Origin: the human T2T-CHM13v2.0 reference genome, Homo sapiens
NCBI RefSeq assembly: GCF_009914755.1
Contig: NC_060927.1
Strand: one strand, 5' to 3'
DNA: 64,000 nt
The translations under genes were made by a program, and so were the position numbers. Of the stretch, positions 42,800 through 58,000 are shown one piece after another (the first letter of the stretch is position 1; every line of letters begins with the position of its first letter). The notes under the pieces were generated by a model. That model saw only the letters and a list, made by a program, of their open reading frames with translations. It was not told where the DNA came from and did not search any database.

Positions 42800-43050
42800 C
42801 CTAGCAGTACAGTGTAGCTCTTAGGAATATGGGCTCTGGGGTTAGATTTCCTAGGATCAAAGTCTTGCTTCACTGTTTGCTGATAGAAACTTGCTTAAGT
42901 TTGCACTAAATCTATCTAAGTTCTCTTGTTTGTGAAATGAGGCTGATGAAATCTACCTGATAGGTTGGTTGTGATAATTTAGTGAAATAATATATGGAAA
43001 GTACTTATTGGAATATCTAGTATGCCCTAAGTACTCAACATGCTGTTAAC
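42800..43050 (+). mobile_element. MIR
   Basis: agcagtacagtgtagctcttagg...tgtgaaatgaggctgatgaaatctacctgatagg...taagtactcaacatg. Confidence 0.7.
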
Positions 43051-44199
43051 ACATATTGATCTTAAGCAACTTGTCGTATCTGGCATGGGTCCTGGAGGTG
43101 ACAGTGGCAGTAACAGTGCCATTTATATGCCATTTCTGATCTAGTCCTATCTTTTAAACCTACAGATGGAGAAGCTGAAGCTGCAGAAACTGTGGGGCTT
43201 TCCCAAAATCACATATATTGTCTCCTTCAAAACTAAAGGCACTCAGGAAACATAATAATCTTCTTGCCCTGGCTCTGCCTCTCCCTGCGTGCAACCTCAG
43301 GCAAAGCACTGCTCTCTGGACTTCGGTGTCCTTATCTGTATAATAAATGAGTCAGAATCCAAATGATCTTCACAGAGTAGTCACTCCCAGAGGGTCCTGT
43401 ATTTCCAGGGGGTGAGGAACACTTTTACCCGTAGTTCACTGGACGTTACAAACAGCAATTCTTTACTTCCAGTTTTGACAGTTTCAGTGTTAACTAATCA
43501 CTCCAGTATTCCTTGCACAAATGCACACGTACATTCCATTTGCTTTGATCTCAAACTTAAGTTTTTTATGAATGAAGGCTACAGCTGGACACCAAAAGAT
43601 TATACCATTAATTTTTAAGTATGCCTCAGAGGGTCTAATGGGCTATGACCCACAATGGTCATATCAGCGGCATTCCACTTCCTCTTGAGCCACTGGCCAA
43701 GCTGGTATTGAGGTGCATGTCCCAGTTTATCTCCAGCCCTCCTAATCTCAGACTTTCTGCACCTATGCTAATACTTGAACCAACTCTTCTTTTTTTTAAT
43801 TGAATCCAATGCAATGTACCTGGGAACCCTGCTTCAAAATCTGATGCCAAATCTAAAACACTGGACAAAATCCAGGTTTTTATTCATTTTCTGATGGGCA
43901 CTAGCTGCTAATTAAGCATCCAAACAATGTTCTAAAAAGGAAGAAAAATCATAAAATATGGACTTAACATTAATCACACAGACATACATGTAATATACGT
44001 TACCTTTATAGCAGGAACCAATAAAAGAATACAATATAAAACACATATTTGTACTAGATAATTTTGTATAAATATTTTAAAGGTTTCTTAGCTCAGGGAT
44101 TAGAGCACTGGTTTTATAAAAGAGCAGGTCACATATTCAAATTTCACGAAGACTTTCCTGATGTCTTTCAAAGAAGTATAACACACATATTAAGAATCT

Positions 44200-45230
44200 G
44201 GACTCAGGAGCCACATTATCTGAATTCAAATCTTGACTTTCTCACTTCCTAGCTGGTGACCATGAGCAAGTCATTAAATAAATTTTCTTACCTCAGTTTG
44301 CTCAACTGAAAAATGGGAATAATGATGATCTGGTAAGAATTGTTTAAAGGACTCAATACACATTAAGCGTTTAGCCCAGTGACTGCCCAGGTTTCAAGAC
44401 AAAGGTGAATTCAAGCCTCTTGACATAATGACCTCACTTTTCAACTTATGTATTGCCTCCTATTTTACAGATAAAGAAACTAAAGTTCAGAGAAGAGCTG
44501 TTGCCTAAAGTAACGTTCACTGAGCAGGTCAGGACAGGACACTACTTAGTAGCAAAGCCAGGACCAGAACCCAATTTTTCTAAACCTCAGAGCACTACTT
44601 TCCTCAAATCAGTGTTCCTTCTGCCTCATCTAGGGTAGATACAGATATCCATCCTCTTTCTTCACTGCCTGCTTCTACTCAGATGGGCTTCCTGAGAGCA
44701 AGATCCCTGTCATATTCTCATTGGCTGGCACCGTTCCTAGCATATAGTAAACTTTATTATCTAATTGAGTTGAATTCATTCATCAGCTCTTTACATTATA
44801 CACCTAACTTCTTTTAGATGTTGCCAATAAGCTGATTGTCAGTTATTTAGGTCTTAAGGAGACAGTCCAGTAGAGTGGTTTAGAAAAAAAGGCTCCACAG
44901 CTGGGCTGTATGGGCTCAAAGAGTACTTCTGCCACTTCCTAATTAATTTGACCATGGCCAGGTTACTTCACCTCAGCTTCTTCAGTTATAAAATGGGACA
45001 ATAACACCTCTGTCATAGGGTTATGAGTGATAACTTGGAATAATATGCAATGGTCAATTGTATGTGTGGACTTGACTAGCCTATAATCTCGGTTACTCAA
45101 TCCAACACAACTAGGTGCAGCCACAAAAGTATTTTGTAGATGTGTTTAACATCTACAATCAGGAACTCTGACTGATAAAGTATGTAAAGCTCATACCTGG
45201 TCCATCATACTTAATGAATGTTAACTGCCA
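44200..45230. mobile_element. Cluster of MIR, L2 and MLT2 fragments
   Basis: MIR cores at ~44290 (+), ~44460 (-) and ~44970 (+). L2 tail at ~44690-44780. MLT2 piece at ~45047-45178. Confidence 0.6.
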
Positions 45231-45511
45231 ATAGTGTTAGTGATATTTCCATTGTTGTTGAACACATACTGAAAGCCTTAACACAATAACTTTAAGTGTA
45301 AGGGTATAAGTCTTTGCCTACAGTTCTCCAGAAGGGATTATGCCTGCAACTTACTTTCAAACAAGTAGTTTGGAATTGTGTATAGATAGATATTGATCAA
45401 GCACATATGGGAAAATATTAACATTTGGGGATTCTGATGACAGGATATATGGGAATTCTTTGAACTACTTTTAAAACTTTTTATGTCTGAAATCATTATT
45501 TTAAAAAAGTT

Positions 45512-45804
<293 letters not shown>

Positions 45805-48800
45805 TTAAGTAATTAATTAATTTAATTAAAAGTTAAAATTTTAAAATCAATAGAATTAAATTATATTTAAAATGTTCCAACAGATTTACTCTGGCAACAA
45901 CCAAAGGTCTGAGACAAGGATTGCTGATGTGGAGTGAAAGAGATTAGTCAAAATGCCTATTGTAAACATTTTAAAATTATTAATCTATTTAATAAACAAC
46001 TCAATTACCCATATTTTAATTGTGCAATATTACCTCTATGAACTATTAATGAATAGACATTTTAAAAAGAGAGAAAGAGAGATTACATCCTGTTTGGGGG
46101 AGATTAGAGAGAGAATGGGTATGATTTCACTAGGAAAAAATGAAAGATGGAAAAGGAGGGTCTCTCAGGCAATCAAAACAGGCTAAGTTAAGTCAATCTA
46201 TTTTAGATGATGAAATCTATGTCTGTTTAAACTCTTTTTCTGTGTAATAAGTGCCCAGCAGATAAACGACCAGAGTGGTGCACTGCCTGACAGAGGTTCA
46301 TATTTAAAAGTTCCTCCTCCAAGCACAGTGCTAAGAAATTTATTTAGAAAATATCTAAATGTCTCCTGGGTCTAGAACATTAGAGACAATGGCAGGCCCT
46401 CCGGCTAGATCAAAGTGCACCCCGTGGATAAACATGCCCAGACTGAAAAGGATGAAATCCTGGGCCATCTGCTGGGATGCAGCTGTGTTCTAACACCTCA
46501 CTTTTGATTAAGAGATCGCAAACTGACTTGTTAATATTGTAATTCAAACTTTGTTGGCGGCTACACAATTGGAACCTCACGGACAGTCTGCCTACCCTTT
46601 AAACATGACATTTGAGTTAATACCCTGTCCTTTTTCCAAGACACACGTTACTAAAAATCACTGGAACCTGAAGGCAGCAAAAGTTCAGCAATCAAACCCT
46701 GAATCCTGATCACCACCCTTCAATGCCCATTGTGAGGAGCTCTAGTTAAGCTGATGAGGATGTGTCAGCAAACCAGAGCTCATCACCAGGGTGCCTATCG
46801 GCTGCACCCCAGCGTGACTATGAAACACCCAGAAGAAGCAAAGAAAAGTCTATGTGTCTTGTTACTTTATCTAATTCCCCCAATATTCTGCTACCACTAT
46901 CGTCCATTTGCAACTTGTTCCAAGGAAAGCACATTCCATCCAAAATTAGGGTCTTATAGAAGAACTTATACCTCTGGCTTATTTTAAAACATATATTTGA
47001 AAGCCTACAAAATATGTAATGCCTTATTAGACACTGTACAAAGATATATGTGACATCATGCCTATCCTCAGAGAATTTATATTCTGTGGGAGAGATAAAA
47101 CATAAATATTAATCAGATACAAATACAAATACAAATATGACATCATCGTTGGCACACAGGCATGTCAAAAAAAAAAAAAAAGAGCTTAGAAATGGACTTT
47201 GTAGGATTAAGGTGTTCACCAAATGTTATCGTGTTTCTCTGAGTGGTCGGTTTGGGGATGCTTCTTGCCTTTTTCTCTGTACTTTATGATGTCTTTCAAT
47301 TTTACAGTAAGTATGAATCATTTTTACAAAAACAATGATGTTTATTTCAAGATGGAATAGGAAAGAAAAATGGGTTCATGGAGGAAATGACACTTTTTAA
47401 ATAGATATAATTCAGAGGAGTAATAATGAATTTGCTGGTTATCTGACCCCCACTCTAATTCCTTTGGAAGTCATTAAATGAAGAAAGGCATCTCTTCCAT
47501 GAGCCTGGGCAAATTCACAACTCCCTGCTTCTTGCTCCTAATTATTCTGCCAGTCAAGTCCAGGAAAAATGCAAGTGGCATAAAAGCCAAGGGTCTTTGC
47601 AACCACTGGACCCAATAGATTGACTATACAGGAGGCTACTCAGGAGTAGATGTTTTGAGAAATGTTGTAATTTCCCAAAATGTCAATAACAAGTACAGCT
47701 CATGGTTCTGACCTGCCTGTGAGTTTTCCTCCACTCAGCAGTCATAGCAGCCAATGGAATGATGTGGAAATAATTCACCTCTGCTCTAGAGAATCTGCTT
47801 GAGAAATTACATACAACAAAACTTTCCCAGACACAGGATACCTGAAGAAAATTACTTGATTAGTAAGAACCAAAGCATTTCCAGAACCAAGGCAAGGAGC
47901 TAAAGTAGACAGAACACAGGACAAAGAAACTCAAGACTTAAGTTTCTTCCTGACTTTCACACTTAGCACAAAGTGTGATCTTTGATCCATAGAACTGCTC
48001 TTGAGTTTATTAGCAATATTACTTTGTAAATTGGGAAGATAGTACCTTATCCTTAATACTATAAAGGGTTATTTTAAAGATTGGTAAATAATAATGTTCT
48101 TTGTATCTTGCAAAAGGGTATGATTAAAATTCCTAGAGTTTAGAAAAACATTGTGTGGTTATCTTGTTTAAAGATGAGGAGAGGACCATTATCCCTCAGA
48201 AGTGCCAATTTTACGTCTTTCCCAGTTTTCAACATAACAGGTCAAGTTTCAAACAGACCATCTTGAATCTTCCAGTGACTACAAGTCAATGAAATATCAG
48301 CTTTACAGTATGTGTCTTGATTCGTTTATTCAGGAAATAGATGATGTCTATCTACTCTATGCATATTAAAATAGAAGACCCATCCTATATTACAGACTCA
48401 GAGACAGATTAGGGGTGGGCCAACCATTCAGGTAATCAGGGCCCCATCAAATAGGGGAAGCTAAAAAAATGGCTCTTGGGATACTAAATTGTATTTTAAA
48501 TGTAATGAGATGAAGAACATGTGTTTCCCAGTACTTCAAGTAGGGATAAAATATATGTGGCTGGGAACAATTACTTAATAAACTGCTTTGGGTGCTCTGT
48601 GAGTCCCCAGAAAGGCAAGTCCAAGATGACGCCTTCTAAGAAGGGTGGATGTGAAGAGCCTAGAGTTTTGGTTTTGCTGAGGGGAGAATATAAATTTGGG
48701 GACCAGAGCTTAGACAATAGAGGTGAGGTTGAGAGCTTCCACCAGTGATGATCTTTCTTCATCTTTACCCCATAGAGTGCTCAAATTCACCTCTAAATGA

Positions 48801-49981
48801 ACTATTAAGTACATCTCTTCAAAGAGCCATCAAATTATTAGCCTGCAAGAGATACCCACATGTCTTGTTAAATTGTGAATAGTCCCTTTTGTCACTCATA
48901 GTCAGTCTTAAAGTATTGAGAAACATAATTAAAACAAAAGTTCATTCTCCCAGTCATTCAATAATTTCCATATCCCTTCTCCTTCACCTAGACCACCCTG
49001 GCCAGAACTGATGTCATATATAAATGCTACAGAGACTTAGTATTTTTTGTTCTACTTTGTCCTTCTCTTTTACCTAAAGAACTACAAACATGAGACATGC
49101 AGTTGTTTTAATATAAAGCCCAAAAGTGGACAAAAATATTGCTTTCTTGACATTATACTATACACCTTTCCTACAAAAATAGACAATACTCCCATGATTT
49201 GATATTGTTATCAATCATTCCTTTCCTCTTCTGCCTCTCAAAAAAAAAGAACAAATACTCAAACCACCTAGTCTAGCATGAAAAGTGTATAAAACTGAAA
49301 TTTGCAAATATCTGAAGTGAAACTCAGTCCTGAGAAGCAATCTATGCATCCCCTGGTGCAAGTTAAAGCCAATTGCCTCCAACAAGATCCACAACACAAT
49401 AAGGCTGGGGTTCTAAACACAGAGAACACAGAAACAAGGGCCATTAAACAACCTGGCTGTTAGGCAAAATATACATTACCCAAACCATGATAACTAAACC
49501 ACTAAAACAATAGCCCTGCAGTGTTTATACACTTAGAATCAGAAAAAAAAAAAAAACAGAATTATTGTCATTAAACTGGGGTAAACTAAAACATCTAACA
49601 AAGAATAAAAGAATCCCCATCCCACATTTATTATTTTAGTTTCTTCTCCAAATTATTTCAGTCCTTTGTGCCCTTGGAAAGTCACTTCACCTCTCCGGGA
49701 CTTATTTTCCTCTGTGAAATTAAGAGGTTGGGTTAGATAATATTTACAATATTGGACAGCTGTGTACTACAACACTAGGGAATTAGAAGACCTGGTGTCT
49801 CATGCCCGATCTGTCATGAAATGTTAGGCAAGTCATTTAACCTTTCCTGAGTACCAGAATTCCTCATCTATTAAATAGAGACAAAATCACCTGCTCTGCT
49901 TATCTTACAGGGATGAAGATAATCAGATTGCAAGTGGTTAGAGAACTGTAAATGTCATACAGTTATAATGAACTAGAAGTA

Positions 49982-50344
49982 TGGTATGGTTTGGCTGTGT
50001 CACCACCCAAATCTCATCTTGAATTTTAGCTCCCATAATACCCTCATATTGTGGGAGGGATCCAGTGGAAGATAATTGAATCATGAGGGCGGTTTCCCCC
50101 ATACTGTTCTCATGGTAGTGAATAAGTCTCATGAAATCTGACGGTTTTATAAGGGGAAACCCCTTTCACTTGGCTGTCATTTCTGTCTTGTCTGCTGCCA
50201 CATAAGACATGCCTCTTGCCTTCCACCATGATTATGAGGCCTCCTCAGCCATGTGGAACTGTGAATCCATTAAACCTCTTTTTCTCTATAAATTACCCAG
50301 TCTTGGGTATGTCTTTATCAGTAGCGTGAAAACAGACTAATACA
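49982..50344 (+). mobile_element. THE1B/C solo LTR
   Basis: tggtatggtttggctgtgtc...gaaaacagactaataca, 363 bp. Perfect 5-bp TSD aagta. Confidence 0.93.
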
Positions 50345-53300
50345 AAGTACTATCATCATTTTAACTTCCCAAAAAACATCTAATAGAAAAGATCTTTTCC
50401 CCACTTTAGTTTCCAAAGAGCGATCACTAAATAATGATTCTATGGCGCTGAGCAACTTTGGAGCGAATGGCTGATAAAGGTACTGGAAAGCCAACGTGGG
50501 GTAGTGAGAATCAGAAGACAAGTCCTGACACAGACTCTGTGTGTGACCTCAGCCAAGGTATTTAATCTGATTGCCTCAGCTTTCTGATCTCGCAGACATG
50601 GAGCTGGGCAAGTTATAATACCAGACATCTACTGAATAGTTACCATGCAGCATGCCTTCTTTCAATTACACCTCAAAATAGCCATATGACATAGGTAAGA
50701 TGACCATTCCCATCTTGCAGGTGGAGTGTCTGGCACTGCACAGGTATGTAACTTGCTGAGGGTCACCTAAAGCTCAGTAAAAGGCAGTCAGTCTAACTTC
50801 AATGTCCATCTTCTTGACCTCTAGCCAGTAGTTCTCAAACTTTTTGGTCTGAGGATTCTTAAAAATTAAACTATATTTTTCCAAAAAGTAAAATAGTAAG
50901 AAGAATCACATTGTTTTAAAGTTTTAGAAGTCTCTTTAATGTCTGGCTTCATAGAAGACAGTAGGAGAAATGGCCATTACTTCCCCACCACAGCCCCCAA
51001 TAGCAATCAAACAAAATATTATATAATCAAATTGAAAGGAAACTGGAAAAAAATAATTACAATTAAAACAGCACCATTTTAATATTTATCTAATAAGCAT
51101 CTTAAGTTTCTAAATTAGAAGGTCACCATATTTAGTGAATGAAATGTAATAATAATCATGAGATTCTAAACTGCATTTTATACTTCAGTGATAATCTCAG
51201 ATAAATCAGCCATTCCCAGCAATTACTGATATTTTATTTTTGTTAACAGCCTGAAAAAGTTTTTGAAGAGAAATTAATGATTGAGAGCTTGATTTGAAAA
51301 AAAAATGCACACTCCTATTTGATTCTAAGAAGGTGTAATACAATTTTTCCTAAGCAGAAGTATGGACTAAGGAAGAAAATGATAACCTGTGTAGGCTGAT
51401 ACGTCAGTGAGATGTATACTTTGACTCCTACTGAGAAGATGGGGATCCAGGTAGCCTCTGAACTCAGGTGAGTGTTCTCTTTGGACACCTCTGATTTACT
51501 TCCATGATTTCCTTCCTTAAACCTGTGCCAGACCACTCCTTCTTCCATCTATTCCTTCCACTCTCCATACTCAGGTAAGACCAGTCTGCTTTTTACAATG
51601 CCCTGATATTGACATTCAACCTTAGGAAATAGGCAAAAATCATATTCTGAATTTCTTTCACTGCTTGGTCCACCAGGTAAACATCACCTCACACTGAGAC
51701 AATATATATTTGCCCAAAAAATGTTTTGTGAACAACTATTATGCACCTTTATCTTCTCCATGTCTTTATGCAAACATCATCTTAGCAAGGCCTTCAAGAG
51801 CCATCCATTACCACAAACACCACTAATATCACCACGTCTCTACTTCTTCCCTCTCCTCCCTTCCTCCTTTATTTTGTCTATAATATTTATCACTAGCACA
51901 TTTTAAATTTCATTTATTCATTTCATTTACTTATTTTCTATCTCCCCAGCTAAAATGTAGATTCCATGAAGACAAATATTGTTTGTTATGCTTCCCTCAC
52001 TGTTGAGTCCCCAGCGCCTAGGATGGAGCCTGACATATATAAATTTATTTCTGCCTTTATTGCACATAGTTTCTTCCTTACTGAAGAGAATTTAAGATGC
52101 ACACGTCTCTGATTGGCCATCCCGATCAATTTCCCCACCTGACTCAATATGTGTAAGCTCTTTAATTCCAGAGAGAGAGAAATGGGATGAGAAACCACAC
52201 ACAGAAAAAATGTGTTGAATGAATGAAAGTGATTAGAATGAATGAATATATGGACAAATGAATGTAGCAATCTAGGTGGGATGAAAAAGAATAATTTAAG
52301 TCATGGACTATCCTCTCAAGGAGCCCACAGTCCACCAATGACTCTCAACCAGGTATGTGTGACAGATGACATATACCCCTGTCACACAGTTCTATGGCCA
52401 TGACCCACACTGTGGAAGCTGGCACTAATAACATGAAGTGCAGATTATGTATAATTATCCCTCATGTATTCTGAAACTCCACCCTTTTGCTCCTACTCAC
52501 AAAGCATCCAAGATCTAGACTGGACATGGTGTTTGCATAGGGGTGACCTTGAATCAGTTCTATTTTGTAAAATAAATTTTCTTAAAATGTAATACTTTCC
52601 CTATGATTAGTAATCAGTTACTCATAATACAACTCTCAACAATTGGCAACACTTCAGAATGTCCAGCTCTGCTTTGTAAAACTGCTTGCCTAGAAAACAG
52701 GATGAAGAATGTCACTTGAGAAATAAGGAAAGCTACTTGCTCTATTAGAGAAATGTGTAATAAACAATTGGAAAATACTTGGTATAAAAAAATACAAACA
52801 TTGTTTTCAGGTCTTATTCTTTGAAATGTGAGCTCTTATTCTTTGTCTATTTTCCCAATGCCTTTCTATCACAGAGCCTATCATATACCTGGAACTCCAG
52901 GGATTATGAATAAATAAATAAAGCACTGGATAAAAAACTAAATTGCAGAACAAGGGAAGAATAATATATTAGTCATTAAGTGATATACCAGAGATCCTAA
53001 AGGCCTCAAACCTATGCAATTCCTAACTCATTCTTTGAAACTCAACTACCACCTTTTAGCAAAGTCTTTCTGACTTCCCCAACCCAAATTTCATTTTCCT
53101 ACATGTTGATCACATCATATTTTTGTAGTGTCTTCTTTAAGATACTCATCACATTTCATCTCATGCTGGTCCTTCATTTTCAGCTTCAGAGTTCTTTCAT
53201 TTGCTGATCACTACTGCAATCTCAGACTGGTTCCTTTGATCTACATACTCATGGAACCATGTTCCATTCTTTCAGGGCACTTATTTCAGCGGTAGTTACA

Positions 53301-53495
53301 CAATTATCTTTTTATTCATTTGGCTTGAGACTATCTCAAATCAACAAACTGTGAGCTCCATGACCCTAGTGACCACATATGATTTTGTTGACCAGGTATT
53401 CCCAGCACTAGCACAGTGCCTGGCCATAGCAGGTGCTTCATTAATATTTGGTAAATGAATACATTAATGAATAATATGTAATTTGAGCGCATGCA

Positions 53496-54602
<1,107 letters not shown>

Positions 54603-56344
54603 TGGTATCTTCCCAAAAGACAGCACACTCCTTCACCTCTTGTAACAGGGAATCTGACGCCTTGAACATGATAGTGGCTCCATAAATATTAACTTGGATA
54701 TAATTTCCTAAAGCTGTGTATATTTGTGTATATGTGCATGAGGGTGTACGTGCATCTATGCAGCAAGGAATTGAATGTACCTTTAAAAATGTATCACAGC
54801 TTTCTACCTTTCACCTGTGTCTTCCTTCAGAAGACTTCTTTTTTATGTACAAATTGAATATTCAGTTAAACAATTACAAGGTTGTCACACTGTTGACAAA
54901 AAACCTGTTGCAGCCTTTAAGACAACCTCGAATAGGATAACAGCCCTTTATGACTTTAACAAAAATTCATTTTTATTGCAATCAACCAGCATGTACTAGA
55001 ATCAAAAGGAAAAAAGAAATTCTGCCAGACTTGGCAGTGTGGCAGGACCAGTTTGTGCAACCTATATTTACTGGTAATAATGGTTATGTAAGAGGCCCTT
55101 GCATGGGACCATCATTTACTCACAAGGACATACAGCTCACAGCCTGGTTCAGAACATAGTCATTATTCTGGATGCTCCCATTTCAATTCAACTGTATTTC
55201 TGAGTGTGCAATTTAAAAAAAAAAAAAAACCATCTTCCAGGGACCATTAAGTAATACTTGGACCCCCCTCAAAGGACAGCTGCAATACATTTAGGCACTT
55301 AGTCATCCAGTTATCACCTCTTCTCTCAAAAGGCCACATCAGCAAGGAGTAAAGGAGTAGACTGGAAATGCCTTGCTGGGTATCCTGGCCAGCTGCTTCT
55401 ACTTGGCCTGATGTATTATTGTATAGGCCAACTATCAACAATCAATTCTTTAGTCCTCTCTTAGAGCTGCTTGGCTGCTTGTCCTGCTCCATAGCTCACT
55501 ATCATAATCTCCTCTGACACACAGTGGTGTCCAAAGCACAATTTCACACAGGGCCAGGGTTCCAGTCTGGGACCTGAAGCCCCTGTCCAAAGGAGAGATA
55601 GCACAGGACTTGAAATCACCAGAAGATCCCAATTCTCTATCCAGGCTTTGCATGTAAAGTGGGAGATTTGGAGCAAGGCAAGTAGCAGCACAAGCATCCC
55701 CCAGTTTCCTTTTCTGTTTTCAGAGGGTGGTGAATTTCATGACTTCAAAGAATCCTTTCCACATTGAGCATCTATGCCTTTGGTGATACCACTATTTTAA
55801 TGTGTCAGCTTTATTTTGCTTTACATTCTCTCTTTGTTGAAAGTAGTTAAGCCTTTCCTAAGTGAAGAAAACTTGACAAAGATTAACCTTCAAATTGGTT
55901 AACCATGTCATATTCCTAGCCTGCCTCCAATCTTCTAAAGACTCATACAAGAAAAACAACGAAAGTGACCAACTACTTATAGTATAAAAGCAATAATTCT
56001 TGTTAAGTTCTACTAAGTGTCCAGAACTGTAGTGTGTGTGTATATCGGGGGTGGAGTAGTGTGTCATTTAGAACACAATCCAAGTCTAGAGAGAGTCAAA
56101 GAATTGATAAGAAAATTGTTGCATGTGAAACATTCATGCTAAAGTACTGAACTTCATATGGCCAAGTGAGTGAATATATAAGAAGGTAAGGCTGATAATA
56201 GTCATGGAAGAAATGGTTAGAAAAGTAAATTTTGGTGTGTGCCTTACAATATAGAAAGCTTTGATAAAAGGAAAAAAAAACAAGGAGGAAGTTATTCCAT
56301 GAATGTGCCAATGTTTATAGAGATAGAAATGACTGAATACATGC

Positions 56345-57880
56345 AGTGCTTAAAAGTAAGAGCTCTGCAATTGGGTAGACTGGCTTCTGATCCTGGTTCT
56401 GTCATTTGTAGTTGGGTGTTCTTGGGTAAGTCACCACTTGTCCACTCTGAGCCTTTAAATTTCTTTGCCTATAAAATGGAGATATTTAGAATGGCTAGCT
56501 CAGGAATTGGTTATGGGGATTAAGTTAAATAAAATTAAACAAGGTAATACCTAGCACATAGCAAGTATTCAAAAAGCTTTAGTCATAATTGATATCACTA
56601 TCAACTAACATTTGTAGATAACTTGTTATATGTCAATCACTCTTAGGCCCAAGAAATACAAATAAATTAAAACTAAAGTGCTGGCCACAAAAACTCTCAC
56701 TCTGAAGACCAACTGACAAATCAATAATTCACCGTGACACATATTGTACCAAAGCTTTGCAAATAGGAACACAGGGAGCAAGCACCTAACAGTGGTTGGG
56801 GAGAAGGAAAGGAGGAGGAAAACAGATCACAAAGATGGTGAGTATTCTAAGTCTAAAAGAATGAGTAGGAGCATACAAACACTAAACAAAAAAAAAGTTT
56901 TCTAGATAGAATATTACATGCAAAGATACAGATATTTAAGAAACAATCTAAGAATTGCAAATGGTTTGGTGGAAGATAGAGTACAGGATATAGAGGGGAA
57001 ACAATAAGGGAAAAGGCTGGACAATTAGGAAAAAACAGATTTGAATTTGTTTCTTCAGGCAAAGGAGTCAGATGATAATGACTAATTCTAAGGAAGAAGA
57101 ATAAAAAATTAACAAGGCAAGGTGGAATATGTAAATTATTCTCAGTTAATGAAGGGCCTTAAATGCCAACTCAAGGAGTTTGAATTTCAGCCTATGGACA
57201 GTTGAAAAGTATTTTCAGTTCTAAGAGAGGGGATAAATATTAAAATTCTATATTAGGTAGATTAGGCAGGTATATATCCAAAATGGGAATTGGAAAGAGA
57301 TTCGAAATAAGGTACATTCAAGAATGATACAGTAAGGCCCTGGTCCTGGATTTTTGAAGATATGAATCCAAGACATACCTAAACTGAACTGATACAGAAA
57401 ATAAATAAGAAAGACAATCAAAGTTGCCTGGAGGAAGTAAGGTTTATGAGGTATAGGTCATGATGAAATGACCTTGAGTGTAGCTTGAGTGTAGATGATT
57501 TGCTTTAAAAGGGAAAAGAGATAACAGTTGAGAAGCCTATCGGACTTTTGGTGTTGAGCTCATTTATTAATCTATTCATTCACTCACTCCTTCAACAAGT
57601 ATTTATTGGTATTTCTCCTGATAGGGTAATATGAATAGGCACTGGAGATAGAAAGATGGTATAAATATAGATCATGCCCTCATGAACTTAGAGCTTACTA
57701 GGGGAGAAATGGAAGGTACCCAAGCAACTATTAAGACAAGGTAGTAAATGATATAATTACCAAAAGAAGGATATCAGTGTAGTGAAAAATGACTTCCAAC
57801 TGGGGAAACCAGAAAAGTCATGATGGAGAGGTCAGGATGTAAGCTAGGCTTTGAAGGTGAGGTAAGCTTATTAAACACAG
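56345..57880. mobile_element. MIR (+) followed by L2 fragments (-)
   Basis: ctctgagcctttaaatttctttgcctataaaatggaga (MIR). tgaagggccttaaatgccaactcaaggagtttgaattt and cattcactcactccttcaacaagtatttattg (L2). Confidence 0.65.
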
Positions 57881-58000
57881 AGTGACCATAAGTCCCAGTT
57901 TACACTACACAGTCCCAGTTATGCCTTTTGTCAAGCATAATTGTTAACAGCACCCCAGCTTCACTCCCTAATTTTAACAATAAATTATGCAATTGCCCTA
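57880..58000. mobile_element. MER94-like hAT-Blackjack element
   Basis: gtgaccataagtcccagttt...cagtcccagtt...aataaattatgcaattgcccta. Confidence 0.55.
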
